DNA of 64,000 nt from a virus (IMGVR_UViG_3300004213_000422:7043-71042), one strand, 5' to 3'. Numbered from the stretch's first letter, positions 38,744 to 47,855 are shown. The notes: generated by a model not told the origin, from the sequence alone. A program made the numbers and translations.

Positions 38744-40204
38744 TTAGACCTCCTCCTCAGTCTCGCCGGCCGCACTGCCGGTCTCGCCTGTGATGGCGTT
38801 CGCCAGGAAGCGGACCACATTGCCGGACCAGCCGTCGATGCGAACCACCGGGCCCTGGAAGTTCACGCCGCGCTGGTAGGGCGCGACGTTGATCACGAAC
38901 AGCGACACGCCCGGCCAAGTCACGGTGTCATGCGACTGCTCGTCAGTGATGACGACGACGCGGTCCGGCGGCGAGGAGCCGAAGAACTGCATTAGCGCCG
39001 CCAGCGCCTTTCCCAGGTAGGTGCCGCTGTGAAGCTGCGAGCCCACTAGGTCATTCGCCAGCGCCACCCCGCGAGAGGACGGCTCATCCATGACCATCAC
39101 CTGATCCGAGAAGGTGGCCATGGTGCCGAACTCGCAGCGCTCGCGGAGAACGACTGCAAGCCCGGTCGCCGCATCGAAGCGCTTCATTTCACCCTGGCCG
39201 GAAAGAGTCTCGCTCATGGAGTAGGACACATCCACCAACACGAGCGTGCGGCCGGGCAGCATCGGTAGCGCGCCGCACGAGCGGAGCATCAGCGCGTCGA
39301 GGTCGTGGGTGTAGCTAGGCGCGTGCCGGGCAGCCGCCAGCGCCTGCCACGGCCACACGTCAGCCGCCTTGACCCTCTCCATCGCACCCTTCACCAGTGC
39401 GGGAGAGACGCCGACCTGCTCCATGTTGCGGAGGTTCCGCACAAGCGCCAGGGCGCCCAGCTTCCTCTCCGCAAGCAGGCCCTCCCACACCGCGCGCTTG
39501 TCGGCGCCCGGCACGGAAAGCTGACTCTCCCAGGTGTCTGGCGCGCGGATGGTGTCGTCGGCCAGGGCCTTCCACACCGCCGTGCGGGTGTCGAACACGA
39601 CCTGCTGCTCCTCGTCCGGCTTGGCTAGAAGCACTTCGTCCGTCGTCAGCGCCGGGTCCGGGTGCGCCAGGAACATGAGGTCGCGCAGGCGCACGGCCAC
39701 CTTGTCCTTCAGCGTCCCGTACTTCTGAAGCTGGTAGTTGCTCCAGCGACCGAAGCCGTCGCGGATCGCGGCCTTCATGCAATGCGGCAGCGGCGCGCGA
39801 GTCTTCCCAGCCGGCGCGGGGTTCCGGGCCAAGTACATGGCGACCATGTCCATCGCGTCCTTGGGGAGCCGCAGGACCGTCTCCGCCGCCTCGCGCACGA
39901 ACGCGCGGCCGTCCGGGCGCGAGGCCAGGAGGACCAGCAGGAAGACCGGCGTGTGGCGCAGCCCGAGATCGCGGCGCGCGCGGATCGCGAGGTTGGCGAT
40001 GAAGGTGGGGTCCACCTTGGCGGCAACGGTCACGATCTGGCTCTCGATGTCCGCGCCATCGACGTAGAAGGTCTTCTCGCCAAGCAGGGCGCACGACACC
40101 AGCCGCTCCAGTTCCGTCGCCGGGCTGAAGGTCTGGGTGGCGCCAGCCTCATGGATGGGAGGCAGGATGCCAGACACAGAAGTACGCACGTTCATGCGGG
40201 ACAT
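38744..40204 (-). CDS. rsr: Ro60/Rsr TROVE-domain protein with C-terminal vWA domain
   Basis: HEAGA, ELERLVSCALLGEKTFY, RLRDLMFLAHP, TWESQLS, ALVRNLRN, DVSYSM MIDAS, VITDEQ; ATG 40204 with GGAG RBS. Confidence 0.93.
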   Translation of the reverse strand: MSRMNVRTSVSGILPPIHEAGATQTFSPATELERLVSCALLGEKTFYVDGADIESQIVTVAAKVDPTFIANLAIRARRDLGLRHTPVFLLVLLASRPDGRAFVREAAETVLRLPKDAMDMVAMYLARNPAPAGKTRAPLPHCMKAAIRDGFGRWSNYQLQKYGTLKDKVAVRLRDLMFLAHPDPALTTDEVLLAKPDEEQQVVFDTRTAVWKALADDTIRAPDTWESQLSVPGADKRAVWEGLLAERKLGALALVRNLRNMEQVGVSPALVKGAMERVKAADVWPWQALAAARHAPSYTHDLDALMLRSCGALPMLPGRTLVLVDVSYSMSETLSGQGEMKRFDAATGLAVVLRERCEFGTMATFSDQVMVMDEPSSRGVALANDLVGSQLHSGTYLGKALAALMQFFGSSPPDRVVVITDEQSHDTVTWPGVSLFVINVAPYQRGVNFQGPVVRIDGWSGNVVRFLANAITGETGSAAGETEEEV

Positions 40205-40230
40205 GGAGAAAACTCCGGGTTGCCAGGAGG

Positions 40231-40314
40231 GGTGAACGGCGGCCTGGAACAGAACGGCCACGGGGTTTCTTCATGCGGATGAACCCGTGACCTACACCAA
40301 GGCAGCCGCTCGCC
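40231..40314 (-). ncRNA. Minimal Y-RNA-like RNA upstream of rsr
   Basis: 15-bp terminal stem with two mismatches; UGGUGUAGGUCACGG / CCGUGG..CUGUUCC motif. Confidence 0.7.
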
Positions 40315-40389
40315 ACTCCTAACGCTCGGATATGCGCAAGGCAACAGCCGATATGCGCAATGCGTGAGATTTTTTGGAGCGTGTCTGGA

Positions 40390-40465
40390 TGGTGCTGGCA
40401 CGAGGAATCGAACCCCGGACCCGCTACTTACAAGGTAGCCGCTCTACCAACTGAGCTACGCCAGC
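40390..40465 (-). tRNA. tRNA-Thr(UGU)
   Basis: GCTGGCG-TA-GCTCAGTTGGTAGAGC-G-GCTAC-CTTGTAA-GTAGC...GGTTCGATTCC...ACCA. Confidence 0.96.
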
Positions 40466-40657
40466 ACGACGTGACGTCGCGGAACAGTCGGCTGCGGATT
40501 GTGGTGGACCGTAGTGCCGTCCACCCAGCCCTTGCGGACTGGCTCGCCCTTCCGAGACGAGGCGTTCTGGAGGATGAACCCGAAGCCTACACCAGCAACG
40601 TCACCGCTTGTGTGTGGCACTTCCGCGCATGCCACACAAGACGTGCCGCACGCCCGT

Positions 40658-41191
40658 TCATCTTGCCGCCGGCCCCGTCGTCTGCATGGATCGCCACAGG
40701 GTAACCCGGACCACGTCCCTGCCCGTCTTCTCGTCCCGCCAGACCTGAGCATCGCGGATGGAGGCGGAGAGGCTTCCGGCATTCGCTTCGATTAGCCGCG
40801 ACCACTCCCGCGCCTCCGATCCGTCAATCGCCACTGCCCGCCCCAGCACCGTCACGTCATGCTGGGCCGCGCCGCGCCCGATCAGGAAGCCGGCGCCGGC
40901 CGCCGAGAGCACGAGGCTGATGCCTCCCACAACCATGACGGCCAGGAACTTGCGGGCCTGCATCCAGCGCAGTTCCCGCATTCCCTCCTCCACAGCCTTC
41001 CGCACCCCGGCCGCGACGCCCGCCGGCTGGCTCGTCCGGATTGCCGAGACCGCCAGGGGCAGCAGCCCCGCGAACTCCGCCTGGGCCTGGATGACCTGCC
41101 CGATGGGATCGTGCTGGATGCCGGCGACATGAGCGGTGCGGACCAGATCGGCCCGCACCGCCTCGCATCGCTCCGTCAGGAGATCACTCAC
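40658..41191 (-). CDS. Membrane-anchored hypothetical protein, plasmid mobilisation-region type
   Basis: One TM segment; GTGA overlap with upstream ATPase. Confidence 0.55.
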   Translation of the reverse strand: MSDLLTERCEAVRADLVRTAHVAGIQHDPIGQVIQAQAEFAGLLPLAVSAIRTSQPAGVAAGVRKAVEEGMRELRWMQARKFLAVMVVGGISLVLSAAGAGFLIGRGAAQHDVTVLGRAVAIDGSEAREWSRLIEANAGSLSASIRDAQVWRDEKTGRDVVRVTLWRSMQTTGPAAR

Positions 41192-42102
41192 AACAGACAG
41201 TCCTCCACCGGGTGTAGCGCCTCCTGCATGCGCCGCACCCAGGAGGTCATCGCGTTCACCATCAGCCCGCCAGAACCCAGCCTGCGCATGTGCTCGGCAT
41301 AGTTGGAGAACCGCATGCCGTGGTCAATCTCGCTGGCCAGTTCCGGCGCCAGGGCAGGCAGCCGAATGAGGATCGCTCCACGGGATCGGGCCGCCTTGTA
41401 GACCGGGTGGGCCTCCACACGGCCGAAGGCCTCAGCCGGATCAGCCTGCCGGAGGAGGGCGTCGCTCATGACCAGCACCGTGTGAGGCGGCTGGAACTTG
41501 GCCCTCTCCAGGGCCGCGAGCGTCCCCAGGTCTTCCACGCGTGGGGTCAGGAAGTGCCACATGACGGGGCTGAACCCATTCCCCTCCAGGGCCCCGCGCA
41601 GGTCTCCAGCCATCGCCACAAGCCGCTGGAGGGCCGTGTCGCCACCGCCGAACTCCAGCAGCACCGGATGCTTCTCTGGCTGAGCCATGACCCAGTCGAG
41701 GTAACGCATGCACCAGTGGGCGACCACGGCAGGGTCGTTGGTCGGTGTCTCCTGGCCAGACGCATCGGTGGACATTGGTTGCATCACGACGTCAGCGCCG
41801 TAGGTCCGGACAAGCTCGCGCTTGGACGGGTCCATTTCGGCCACAGCCAGGGTCCTGCCGAGTGCCATGGCGTGGTCGATCAGGAACTTAGCGGTGAATG
41901 ACTTCCCGCTGAAACCGCTGCCAGCGAAGATATGACAAGGCGTGCCGGTTGGCTTCGGCAGCTTGGCATGCAGGATGGCGTCAGTGATCTCGGGCCGGAT
42001 AGTCACGACGTTCGTCAGGTCGATGGCCGGTTCCTGACTGAAATCCCTGCGCGAGCGGAAGGGAAGTAAAGCGGCGGTCTTGGGCTTCTCGGGCATGCGC
42101 AA
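41188..42102 (-). CDS. MinD/ParA-superfamily P-loop ATPase-like protein (plasmid mob-region type)
   Basis: GSGFSGKS deviant Walker A, AEMDP, LLEFGGGD; start uncertain. Confidence 0.65.
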   Translation of the reverse strand: MRMPEKPKTAALLPFRSRRDFSQEPAIDLTNVVTIRPEITDAILHAKLPKPTGTPCHIFAGSGFSGKSFTAKFLIDHAMALGRTLAVAEMDPSKRELVRTYGADVVMQPMSTDASGQETPTNDPAVVAHWCMRYLDWVMAQPEKHPVLLEFGGGDTALQRLVAMAGDLRGALEGNGFSPVMWHFLTPRVEDLGTLAALERAKFQPPHTVLVMSDALLRQADPAEAFGRVEAHPVYKAARSRGAILIRLPALAPELASEIDHGMRFSNYAEHMRRLGSGGLMVNAMTSWVRRMQEALHPVEDCLL

Positions 42103-42472
42103 CGTCCTTTGCGGTGATGTTGTAACGCTTGGTTAGGGCCCAGTCGCGTTCGTACTGGGTCATATAATCGCCCAGATACAGAACGAACCGGCTTTGTCCT
42201 GCCAGTTCCAGGCCTGCCAGAATGCCGGCGTACTGTGCCAGTTCTACCGTCTGGGCGATGGTTAGGCCTTTCTGGTGGCCATCATCGCGGGAGCGCTTGG
42301 CACCCACCGGCTTGCCGATGGTGAAATCGCCGTTGGCGGTGATCAGGAAGCACAAGCGCCGCCATCGCTCCGTGGTGATGTCCCTGCCACCACGATCCTT
42401 GCCGGTGACCATCTGATCCATCCACGCGCCGTACCTGAACCTACTTCCAACACCTTGCAGTGTCCCGACCAT
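41981..42472 (-). CDS. Hypothetical protein
   Basis: GGAGG RBS before ATG; overlaps the ATPase ORF by about 120 nt so boundaries are uncertain. Confidence 0.4.
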   Translation of the reverse strand: MVGTLQGVGSRFRYGAWMDQMVTGKDRGGRDITTERWRRLCFLITANGDFTIGKPVGAKRSRDDGHQKGLTIAQTVELAQYAGILAGLELAGQSRFVLYLGDYMTQYERDWALTKRYNITAKDVAHAREAQDRRFTSLPLAQGFQSGTGHRPDERRDYPARDH

Positions 42473-42499
42473 GCGTCCTCCTGCTGTAGCACCCTCATG

Positions 42500-42589
42500 G
42501 CTGAGCCGTGACTTGGACTGACCAATATCCGATAGCCACTAGCGCGTCCCACTATCACTGCGCTAGTGTCCCACACGTCGAGGCTCAGC
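42500..42589. repeat. Nested inverted repeats between divergent genes (candidate oriT/origin)
   Basis: GCTGAGCC 42500 / GGCTCAGC 42582; CACTAGCGC 42537 / GCGCTAGTG 42560; GTCCCAC twice. Confidence 0.5.
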
Positions 42590-42661
42590 GACCGAACGTG
42601 TAGCGCTATTGCTCGCTCGGTGAAAGCCTCATGTAGCGGTTTCTGCGCATAAGGAGGGATC

Positions 42662-42973
42662 ATGGAGGCGAGCCAGAAGTTGCTGGAGGCGCTTGCGGCG
42701 GCGGAAAATGCCGACACGAGGATCAGCGCCTATCTCGTGAGGAACAGGGAATATCTCTTGAAGGTCTGGCATCCCGATCCGGACAGGAAGCGTCCAGCAT
42801 CCGCAAGGATGTGGGCTAAGCGCGCTCAGGTGCTCTCAGAGCAGTTCCCTGGCCTGACCGCGAACGCCCTTCGCATGGCGTGGTACAGGGTGCGAGCAAC
42901 CGCGCCCAAGACCGAGGCGGCCCCTCCGCCCGTTGCGCGTGGCGGCTTTGGGCTTATGAGCCCCAGGGGGTAA
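42662..42973 (+). CDS. Small basic protein, possible relaxosome accessory (TraK-like)
   Basis: YLVRN..YL...W...A..L....LT....RMAWYRVR pattern; strong AAGGAGG RBS. Confidence 0.45.
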   Translation: MEASQKLLEALAAAENADTRISAYLVRNREYLLKVWHPDPDRKRPASARMWAKRAQVLSEQFPGLTANALRMAWYRVRATAPKTEAAPPPVARGGFGLMSPRG

Positions 42974-42976
42974 GAT

Positions 42977-43210
42977 ATGGCAGATGACGTAAAGCAGAAG
43001 ACCTTCTCGATCCGCGAGGATGACGATGAGTCCGAGAGCTATTTTGTGAACGGGGAGAAGGTCGGATATTCCAACCACGATGAGGACGGCTGGGCTGGCA
43101 TGGAGCGGTGCCGGAAACTCTTTCGTGCCACTGCCACCGCGCTAGGAGCGGTCGAGGTCCCGGCGCCTGAGGAAGACGACGAGGGGAACAGCGGAGAGGA
43201 TGGGGCCTGA
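42977..43210 (+). CDS. Acidic hypothetical protein
   Basis: Coupled ORF. Confidence 0.6.
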   Translation: MADDVKQKTFSIREDDDESESYFVNGEKVGYSNHDEDGWAGMERCRKLFRATATALGAVEVPAPEEDDEGNSGEDGA

Positions 43211-43506
43211 TGGCAGATGACGTGAACGGCCGACTGGACCGCATTGAAGTTGCGTTGCAGGCTGTGGTGGCTGGGTGCCAGCAGCTATCGAGAGCCGTCA
43301 TGGCGACGGATGCTTCTGTAAACGTGCTGACCGAGACCGTCCGTGAATTGGTCAACAGCCTGGATAGCGAGGAGGACAGCCCGATGGAGGACGTCATCCA
43401 GGCGCTTGCCAGGATAGAGACCGGCATCAACCAGCTTGTTGAGACAGCCGACGCTGCGACATCGAGGAGCCAGGAGATCACAGGGATTGAAGTGAGGGGC
43501 GGATAA
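43210..43506 (+). CDS. Coiled-coil hypothetical protein
   Basis: TGATG overlap. Confidence 0.55.
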   Translation: MADDVNGRLDRIEVALQAVVAGCQQLSRAVMATDASVNVLTETVRELVNSLDSEEDSPMEDVIQALARIETGINQLVETADAATSRSQEITGIEVRGG

Positions 43507-43599
43507 GCCCTTCATCGCCTTGCGATGATCATGGCAGGCGAGTAGATTGCAAGTGTCTGGCGCCCCGTAGCGCCGACACAACCCGCAGGAGATTAGCTT

Positions 43600-44190
43600 A
43601 TGAGCAGCAGGCGTTCACAGCAGGCGGCACAGGCCGCAGCGCAGCCCGCAGAGCAGCCGGCCGTCGCGCAGTCCGAAGCGCAGGCCCAGGACTACGCGGA
43701 TGCCGCAGCCAACGGCATGTCAGGCGAGGGCGACAACGGCGCCCTGGCGGATGCTGGCGATACCGAAGTCGCGGGCGAGAGCGGCGGCGAGGATGCCGGC
43801 GCGGCGGGCGGCGAGGGCGATGCCACGGGCGGCGAGGGCGAGAGAGCGGATGCGGGCCAGCCCAGCGCCGATGCCGGCTCCGGCGATGCACCCGCCAATC
43901 CTCCCGCCGATCCCCCCGCCGCTGCCCCGAAGGCCCCGAGGGCTCCCCGGACGCCGCGCGTGAAGGCGACGCCCGTCTTCGGTGACATCGAAGAGGACGT
44001 GCCCCTCCCCGAGGAGGCGCCGACCCTGGAGGGCCGCGTTCGCCACCTTCAGGCGAACCAGTCCTTCAAGGTGGACGGGATCAAGGCCCAGACCATCAGC
44101 CGGACGGTCAACGCCATCAAGAAGGGGACGGACATGGAGTTCGTCGTCAAGGGCGAGGGCGAGGGCTTCCGCATCTTCCGGAAGGCCTGA
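43600..44190 (+). CDS. Protein with disordered acidic N-terminus and small basic C-terminal domain
   Basis: GGAG RBS; C-terminal SFKV...RTVNAIKK...FVVK...FRIFR; terminator follows. Confidence 0.65.
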   Translation: MSSRRSQQAAQAAAQPAEQPAVAQSEAQAQDYADAAANGMSGEGDNGALADAGDTEVAGESGGEDAGAAGGEGDATGGEGERADAGQPSADAGSGDAPANPPADPPAAAPKAPRAPRTPRVKATPVFGDIEEDVPLPEEAPTLEGRVRHLQANQSFKVDGIKAQTISRTVNAIKKGTDMEFVVKGEGEGFRIFRKA

Positions 44191-44203
44191 GCCGCCCGGT
44201 ACT

Positions 44204-44237
44204 GGCCCGCGCCGCCCCAGGGTAGCGCGGGCCTTTT
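44204..44237 (+). terminator. Intrinsic terminator
   Basis: GGCCCGCGC...GCGCGGGCC-TTTT. Confidence 0.6.
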
Positions 44238-44238
44238 C

Positions 44239-44667
44239 ATGTCCGCAGGAGAGCGCATGTCCCCGACAGAGAAGGCCGCCACCCTGTTCCGCCAGGGCTA
44301 CAGTGAGGCGGAGGTCATGCGGAAGGTCGTCGGCCTGTCCGCTAGTGATGCAGTCCGGATCGGGGCCGGCGTTCGCGCGGAGAGCGCTTCCCCTCCGGCG
44401 GTCATCGAGCACGAGGCGGAGGCGGCACCGCCGCCTGCGCCGCCTCGCCAGCGCGGCCTGAGCCAGACGTCCATGACGCTTCGGTCCATGCTGTTCGATG
44501 AGATTGCGTCCCTGCGATCCGGCAAGACCACGCCGAAGCAGGCCCTGGCGGTAGCCACCCTGGCCAGCACGATCTGCGACACGGTGAAGCTGGAAATCGT
44601 CGCCGCCCAGGTGGCCGCCACCGGCCGGCGGGCTGATCCCCTGAAGCTGACCCAAGAGCCGGACTGA
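44239..44667 (+). CDS. Hypothetical phage protein
   Basis: Consistent codon usage, TGATG coupling; start may be ATG 44258 region. Confidence 0.55.
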   Translation: MSAGERMSPTEKAATLFRQGYSEAEVMRKVVGLSASDAVRIGAGVRAESASPPAVIEHEAEAAPPPAPPRQRGLSQTSMTLRSMLFDEIASLRSGKTTPKQALAVATLASTICDTVKLEIVAAQVAATGRRADPLKLTQEPD

Positions 44668-45047
44668 TGGTCCTGAAGCTCACCTTCCTGACCTGCGGTG
44701 TCTGCGGCCGGCTGATCGACGGCGCCACGGTCATTGACGATGACGAGGACGCAGAGCCCGCCTATGCCTGGGCGGGGCACTACTCTCTGCCGAAGAGGCG
44801 CTACCGCCGGATGATTGCTCCGGACCTCTGTGACCATTGCTGGTTGGAGCACCAGAAGCAGATGAACAACCGCCGGGGACGGCGCGGCCACTACCACATC
44901 CCCCCTTTCCATGCCGTCTATCTGTGGCAGTGGGTGGCGGACCGGCTCCGCGAGGAAGCCGAGAGGTATGGGCGGGAGGAACGTAGGCTCCGCCCGCACC
45001 ACGCCAAGCTGGCCGAGAAAGGCCTTCAGAGGTTAGTGGGGCGCTAG
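44667..45047 (+). CDS. Hypothetical protein with CxxC pairs
   Basis: CGVCG...CDHC. Confidence 0.5.
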   Translation: MVLKLTFLTCGVCGRLIDGATVIDDDEDAEPAYAWAGHYSLPKRRYRRMIAPDLCDHCWLEHQKQMNNRRGRRGHYHIPPFHAVYLWQWVADRLREEAERYGREERRLRPHHAKLAEKGLQRLVGR

Positions 45048-45262
45048 TTGCGGCCCCGCCAGTTCGTGTTGCCCTTCGGGGCGCCGGGGCCATTCTTGGT
45101 CCGTGGGCCCATCCGGACGCAGCGGGATCGGGCCGTTGCGACCTCCATGCCCCAGGCCTCCGCTACCTCGCGGTAGCGGCCCTTGCGCTTCAGGATGTCC
45201 CGCGCTGTGCGGTAGTCCTCTATGGTCACGCCCCTGGGTAGGCTGTTCTTCGTCATAGCCAT
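45044..45262 (-). CDS. Small basic protein, possible HTH
   Basis: YREVAEAWGMEVATARSR; GGAGG RBS. Confidence 0.5.
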   Translation of the reverse strand: MAMTKNSLPRGVTIEDYRTARDILKRKGRYREVAEAWGMEVATARSRCVRMGPRTKNGPGAPKGNTNWRGRN

Positions 45263-45285
45263 AGCTTGTCCTCCGTCTCGGGCCT

Positions 45286-45738
45286 TCAGGCCCCCGTTGA
45301 TCCGAAACCGCCGGCCCCACGAGCCGCGTCCGGAAGGGTGGAAACTTCCTCAAAGTCAGCGCTGAAGATCGGGCAAAGAACTGCCTGAGCAATCCTCATT
45401 CCACGCTTGACTGTGAAAGCGGTCTTGCTGGTGTTGAGAAGAACGACCTTGACCTCTCCACGATACCCACAATCAATGGTGGCTGGGGCGTTCAGGATCG
45501 TAATGCCGTTCTTTGCAGCAAGCCCAGAGCGAGGGCGTAGCTGCCATTCGTGACCCGGCGGAAGGCATACACAAAGCCCGGTAGGCACGAGAGCCCTGTC
45601 ACCGGGCTGGATAATCAGCGGCTCATCTTCCGGGACAGCGGCGCACAGATCGGCGCCAGCATCGCCTTCATGAGCGTAGCCTGGGAGAGGCAAGTTCTCC
45701 GCGTGAGAAAGTCGAGAGAAGAAGATTTTGAGGTTCAC
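45286..45738 (-). CDS. dut: Trimeric dUTPase
   Basis: All five motifs: AGADL, RPRSG, TIDCGYRGE, RIAQ, RGAGGFGSTG. Confidence 0.96.
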   Translation of the reverse strand: MNLKIFFSRLSHAENLPLPGYAHEGDAGADLCAAVPEDEPLIIQPGDRALVPTGLCVCLPPGHEWQLRPRSGLAAKNGITILNAPATIDCGYRGEVKVVLLNTSKTAFTVKRGMRIAQAVLCPIFSADFEEVSTLPDAARGAGGFGSTGA

Positions 45739-46379
45739 AGGCCGACCGCCTTCTCATCAGACCAGCCAAGTATATTCAATCGAGACCTTAAGGTGCTGTA
45801 AGTGATCCCGAAGCGGCGTGCTGCATCAGCCATCGTGATGCGCTCTCCCTTGATGTTAAGGATATGGTTGTCGGACTTGTTGTTTTGTTGAGTTCGCCAC
45901 GGACGCCATTCGCAGTTCAGTGGCTCATACCCTTTATCGTTGTCTTTTCGGTCTAAGGTTAGACCTTTTGGTCTTTCTCCCATGTCGGCCAAGAACAATC
46001 GAAAGTCATTCCATCGTTCGCAGACAACAATCCCTCTGTCAAAGTAGCGAGAGGCGTCTGGACTTTCTTTGCGGCATCGGCTGTGCATGTTGCACCACGC
46101 GATGTAAGTCGCACTCTGCTCTCTTCGGGTCGCATGCCCATGGCTAGACCGCGAACGACATTGCTCCGTCTTCTGGTCTCGATTGAAGCAGCCGCAGGAC
46201 TTTTTATCACCCGACTGAAGGTGGCCGGTGGTGGCTTTCACCACCGCCCCGCAGGAGCATTTGCAATCCCAAACAGCGCCCCTTTTGGGGACGACATGCG
46301 AGAGAGAAAGAACGGAGAGTCGCCCGTACCGGCAGCCAACCAGAGACCTTACTTTTCCCGGCACTGATCCGTCCTCCAT
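45735..46379 (-). CDS. Free-standing HNH homing endonuclease
   Basis: YGRLSV...CKCSCG...SCGC N-terminus; VCERW...FLADMGERP..LTLDRKDNDKGYEPLNCEW; AT-rich. Confidence 0.88.
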   Translation of the reverse strand: MEDGSVPGKVRSLVGCRYGRLSVLSLSHVVPKRGAVWDCKCSCGAVVKATTGHLQSGDKKSCGCFNRDQKTEQCRSRSSHGHATRREQSATYIAWCNMHSRCRKESPDASRYFDRGIVVCERWNDFRLFLADMGERPKGLTLDRKDNDKGYEPLNCEWRPWRTQQNNKSDNHILNIKGERITMADAARRFGITYSTLRSRLNILGWSDEKAVGL

Positions 46380-46425
46380 AGTTCCTAGAACGTGTGTATT
46401 CGATTCGAACTGCTAAGGCAAGGAG

Positions 46426-46680
46426 TCATTCTGTTGCCTTCCATGTCGGGCAATTTGTGTGGGCTTTCCGCCGGTCGATATAACCGCCAGATGGTGCGGG
46501 AACGTCGCGCTCGGCGTGGCTCCAAGTGTGGTAGTAGAAGGCGCGCGGGATGATGACCTCCGGCATTCGCCACTGGCACTGACCGTCCCCGCTGGGATGC
46601 AGCCGGCCAGTCTTGGTGCGCTGCCACTTGGCCAGCGCACAATTCGTGCAGTCCTGCTTTGCTGCGGTGGTTGTTGTCAT
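46426..46680 (-). CDS. Small Cys-containing hypothetical protein
   Basis: CTNC...C...C pattern. Confidence 0.5.
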   Translation of the reverse strand: MTTTTAAKQDCTNCALAKWQRTKTGRLHPSGDGQCQWRMPEVIIPRAFYYHTWSHAERDVPAPSGGYIDRRKAHTNCPTWKATE

Positions 46681-47112
46681 CTACTGCTCGGTGGACGGCG
46701 CGGGGTGCGTCGCCTTGTTGGTGTCGATGTCGCCCATGCCCATCAGGAAGGCGAAACTCCGGGCGAGCTTGGCGGCCTCTCCGATGGAATCAACGATGCT
46801 GGTAGCGGCGGCAATTCCACGAGAGGCGAGTTCTTCCGGCGTCTTGGTTGCATTAAGCCCCTTCGTGACATGCACCAGATCAAGCGCGCTGCTCCAGTCC
46901 AGCAGGAGCGTCATCGGGTTCTCGCCGCAATCCACCATCGAGGCGAAGACCTGAAGGTTGTGGCCGTCTTCCTGGCCGGCGGGAGGATGGGCAACGCCAA
47001 CGGCAACCCTACCGCCCGCGACCTTATGTTCCGCCGCAGCCATCAGAAACTTCATGATGATCTCGCCGGCCTCTTCGCGGTCAGCAGCCACCTTCACCTT
47101 CGGGTCGTCCAC
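46681..47112 (-). CDS. Hypothetical protein
   Basis: GTG start with GGAGG 7 nt upstream. Confidence 0.55.
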   Translation of the reverse strand: MDDPKVKVAADREEAGEIIMKFLMAAAEHKVAGGRVAVGVAHPPAGQEDGHNLQVFASMVDCGENPMTLLLDWSSALDLVHVTKGLNATKTPEELASRGIAAATSIVDSIGEAAKLARSFAFLMGMGDIDTNKATHPAPSTEQ

Positions 47113-47295
47113 GTCATGTCCTCCTATGCGGTAACGCGACACTATGCGAACGGAAGCCGAGTGCGCAAGGGACAATATGCGCAACATGAGCACGGTTTTG
47201 TGTAGAGACGGTGTCGCGTCACCGTGTCATAGGTTTTGCCTCGGCAGAGGCCGCAGGCTGTACCATTCCGGTGCAACAGACAGGGGACGCAATAG

Positions 47296-47745
47296 ATGCT
47301 TGGTGGATTTTTTGGTGGCGCGAAGGCCGCTGTTGGTCAGGCGATGCAGAAGAACCTCGTGGAGGCCATGGGTGCCGGCGGCGTGTTCATCGCCATGGCG
47401 GATGGAACCATCGAAACGAAGGAAACGCAGGCGATCACGGAGGCGATGCTTCAGGTCCCGAAGATCAACGAAGCGTTCCGCAATGACATCCGGGCGCTGA
47501 CCACCCCAGTCCAGAAGTACATCGAACTGGCCCAGGCCAGCCCGCTCATGGCGCGCCAGCAGTTCCGCAAGGAGATCGAGGACGTCCGCGCCAACCGCGA
47601 CAACGCGCTGCTGGTGGCCGCAGCCTGCTATGACGTCGCGCGACGCAGCGGCGACATCAGCGCGGTGGAGAAGGAGGCCTTCAAGACCGTGCTGGAGTGG
47701 CTGGGTCTGACCCTCAGCGACGTCGGTCTGCCGTCCAGCTTCTGA
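47296..47745 (+). CDS. terB: TerB-family protein
   Basis: IAMADGTIETKE and VARRSGDISAVEKE paired motifs. Confidence 0.82.
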   Translation: MLGGFFGGAKAAVGQAMQKNLVEAMGAGGVFIAMADGTIETKETQAITEAMLQVPKINEAFRNDIRALTTPVQKYIELAQASPLMARQQFRKEIEDVRANRDNALLVAAACYDVARRSGDISAVEKEAFKTVLEWLGLTLSDVGLPSSF

Positions 47746-47782
47746 TCCTCCGGGGCGGGGTGTAGAGCCCCGCCTTCCTCCT

Positions 47783-47855
47783 GGCCCCTTAGCTCAGCGG
47801 ATAGAGCGCCCCAATCCTAGTGGGGAGGTCGAAGGTTCGAGTCCTTCAGGGGTCA
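47783..47855 (+). tRNA. tRNA-Arg(CCU), CCA not encoded
   Basis: GGCCCCT-TA-GCTCAGCGGATAGAGC-G-CCCCA-ATCCTAG-TGGGG...GAAGGTTCGAGTCCTTC-AGGGGTC-A. Confidence 0.88.

Noticed and set aside
38744-40261. Track start of the TROVE ORF at GTG 40261
   Set aside because: It would run through the third Y-like RNA; ATG 40204 has a GGAG RBS
45735-46379. Group I intron-encoded endonuclease
   Set aside because: dut is intact and no interrupted host gene or intron core was recognised
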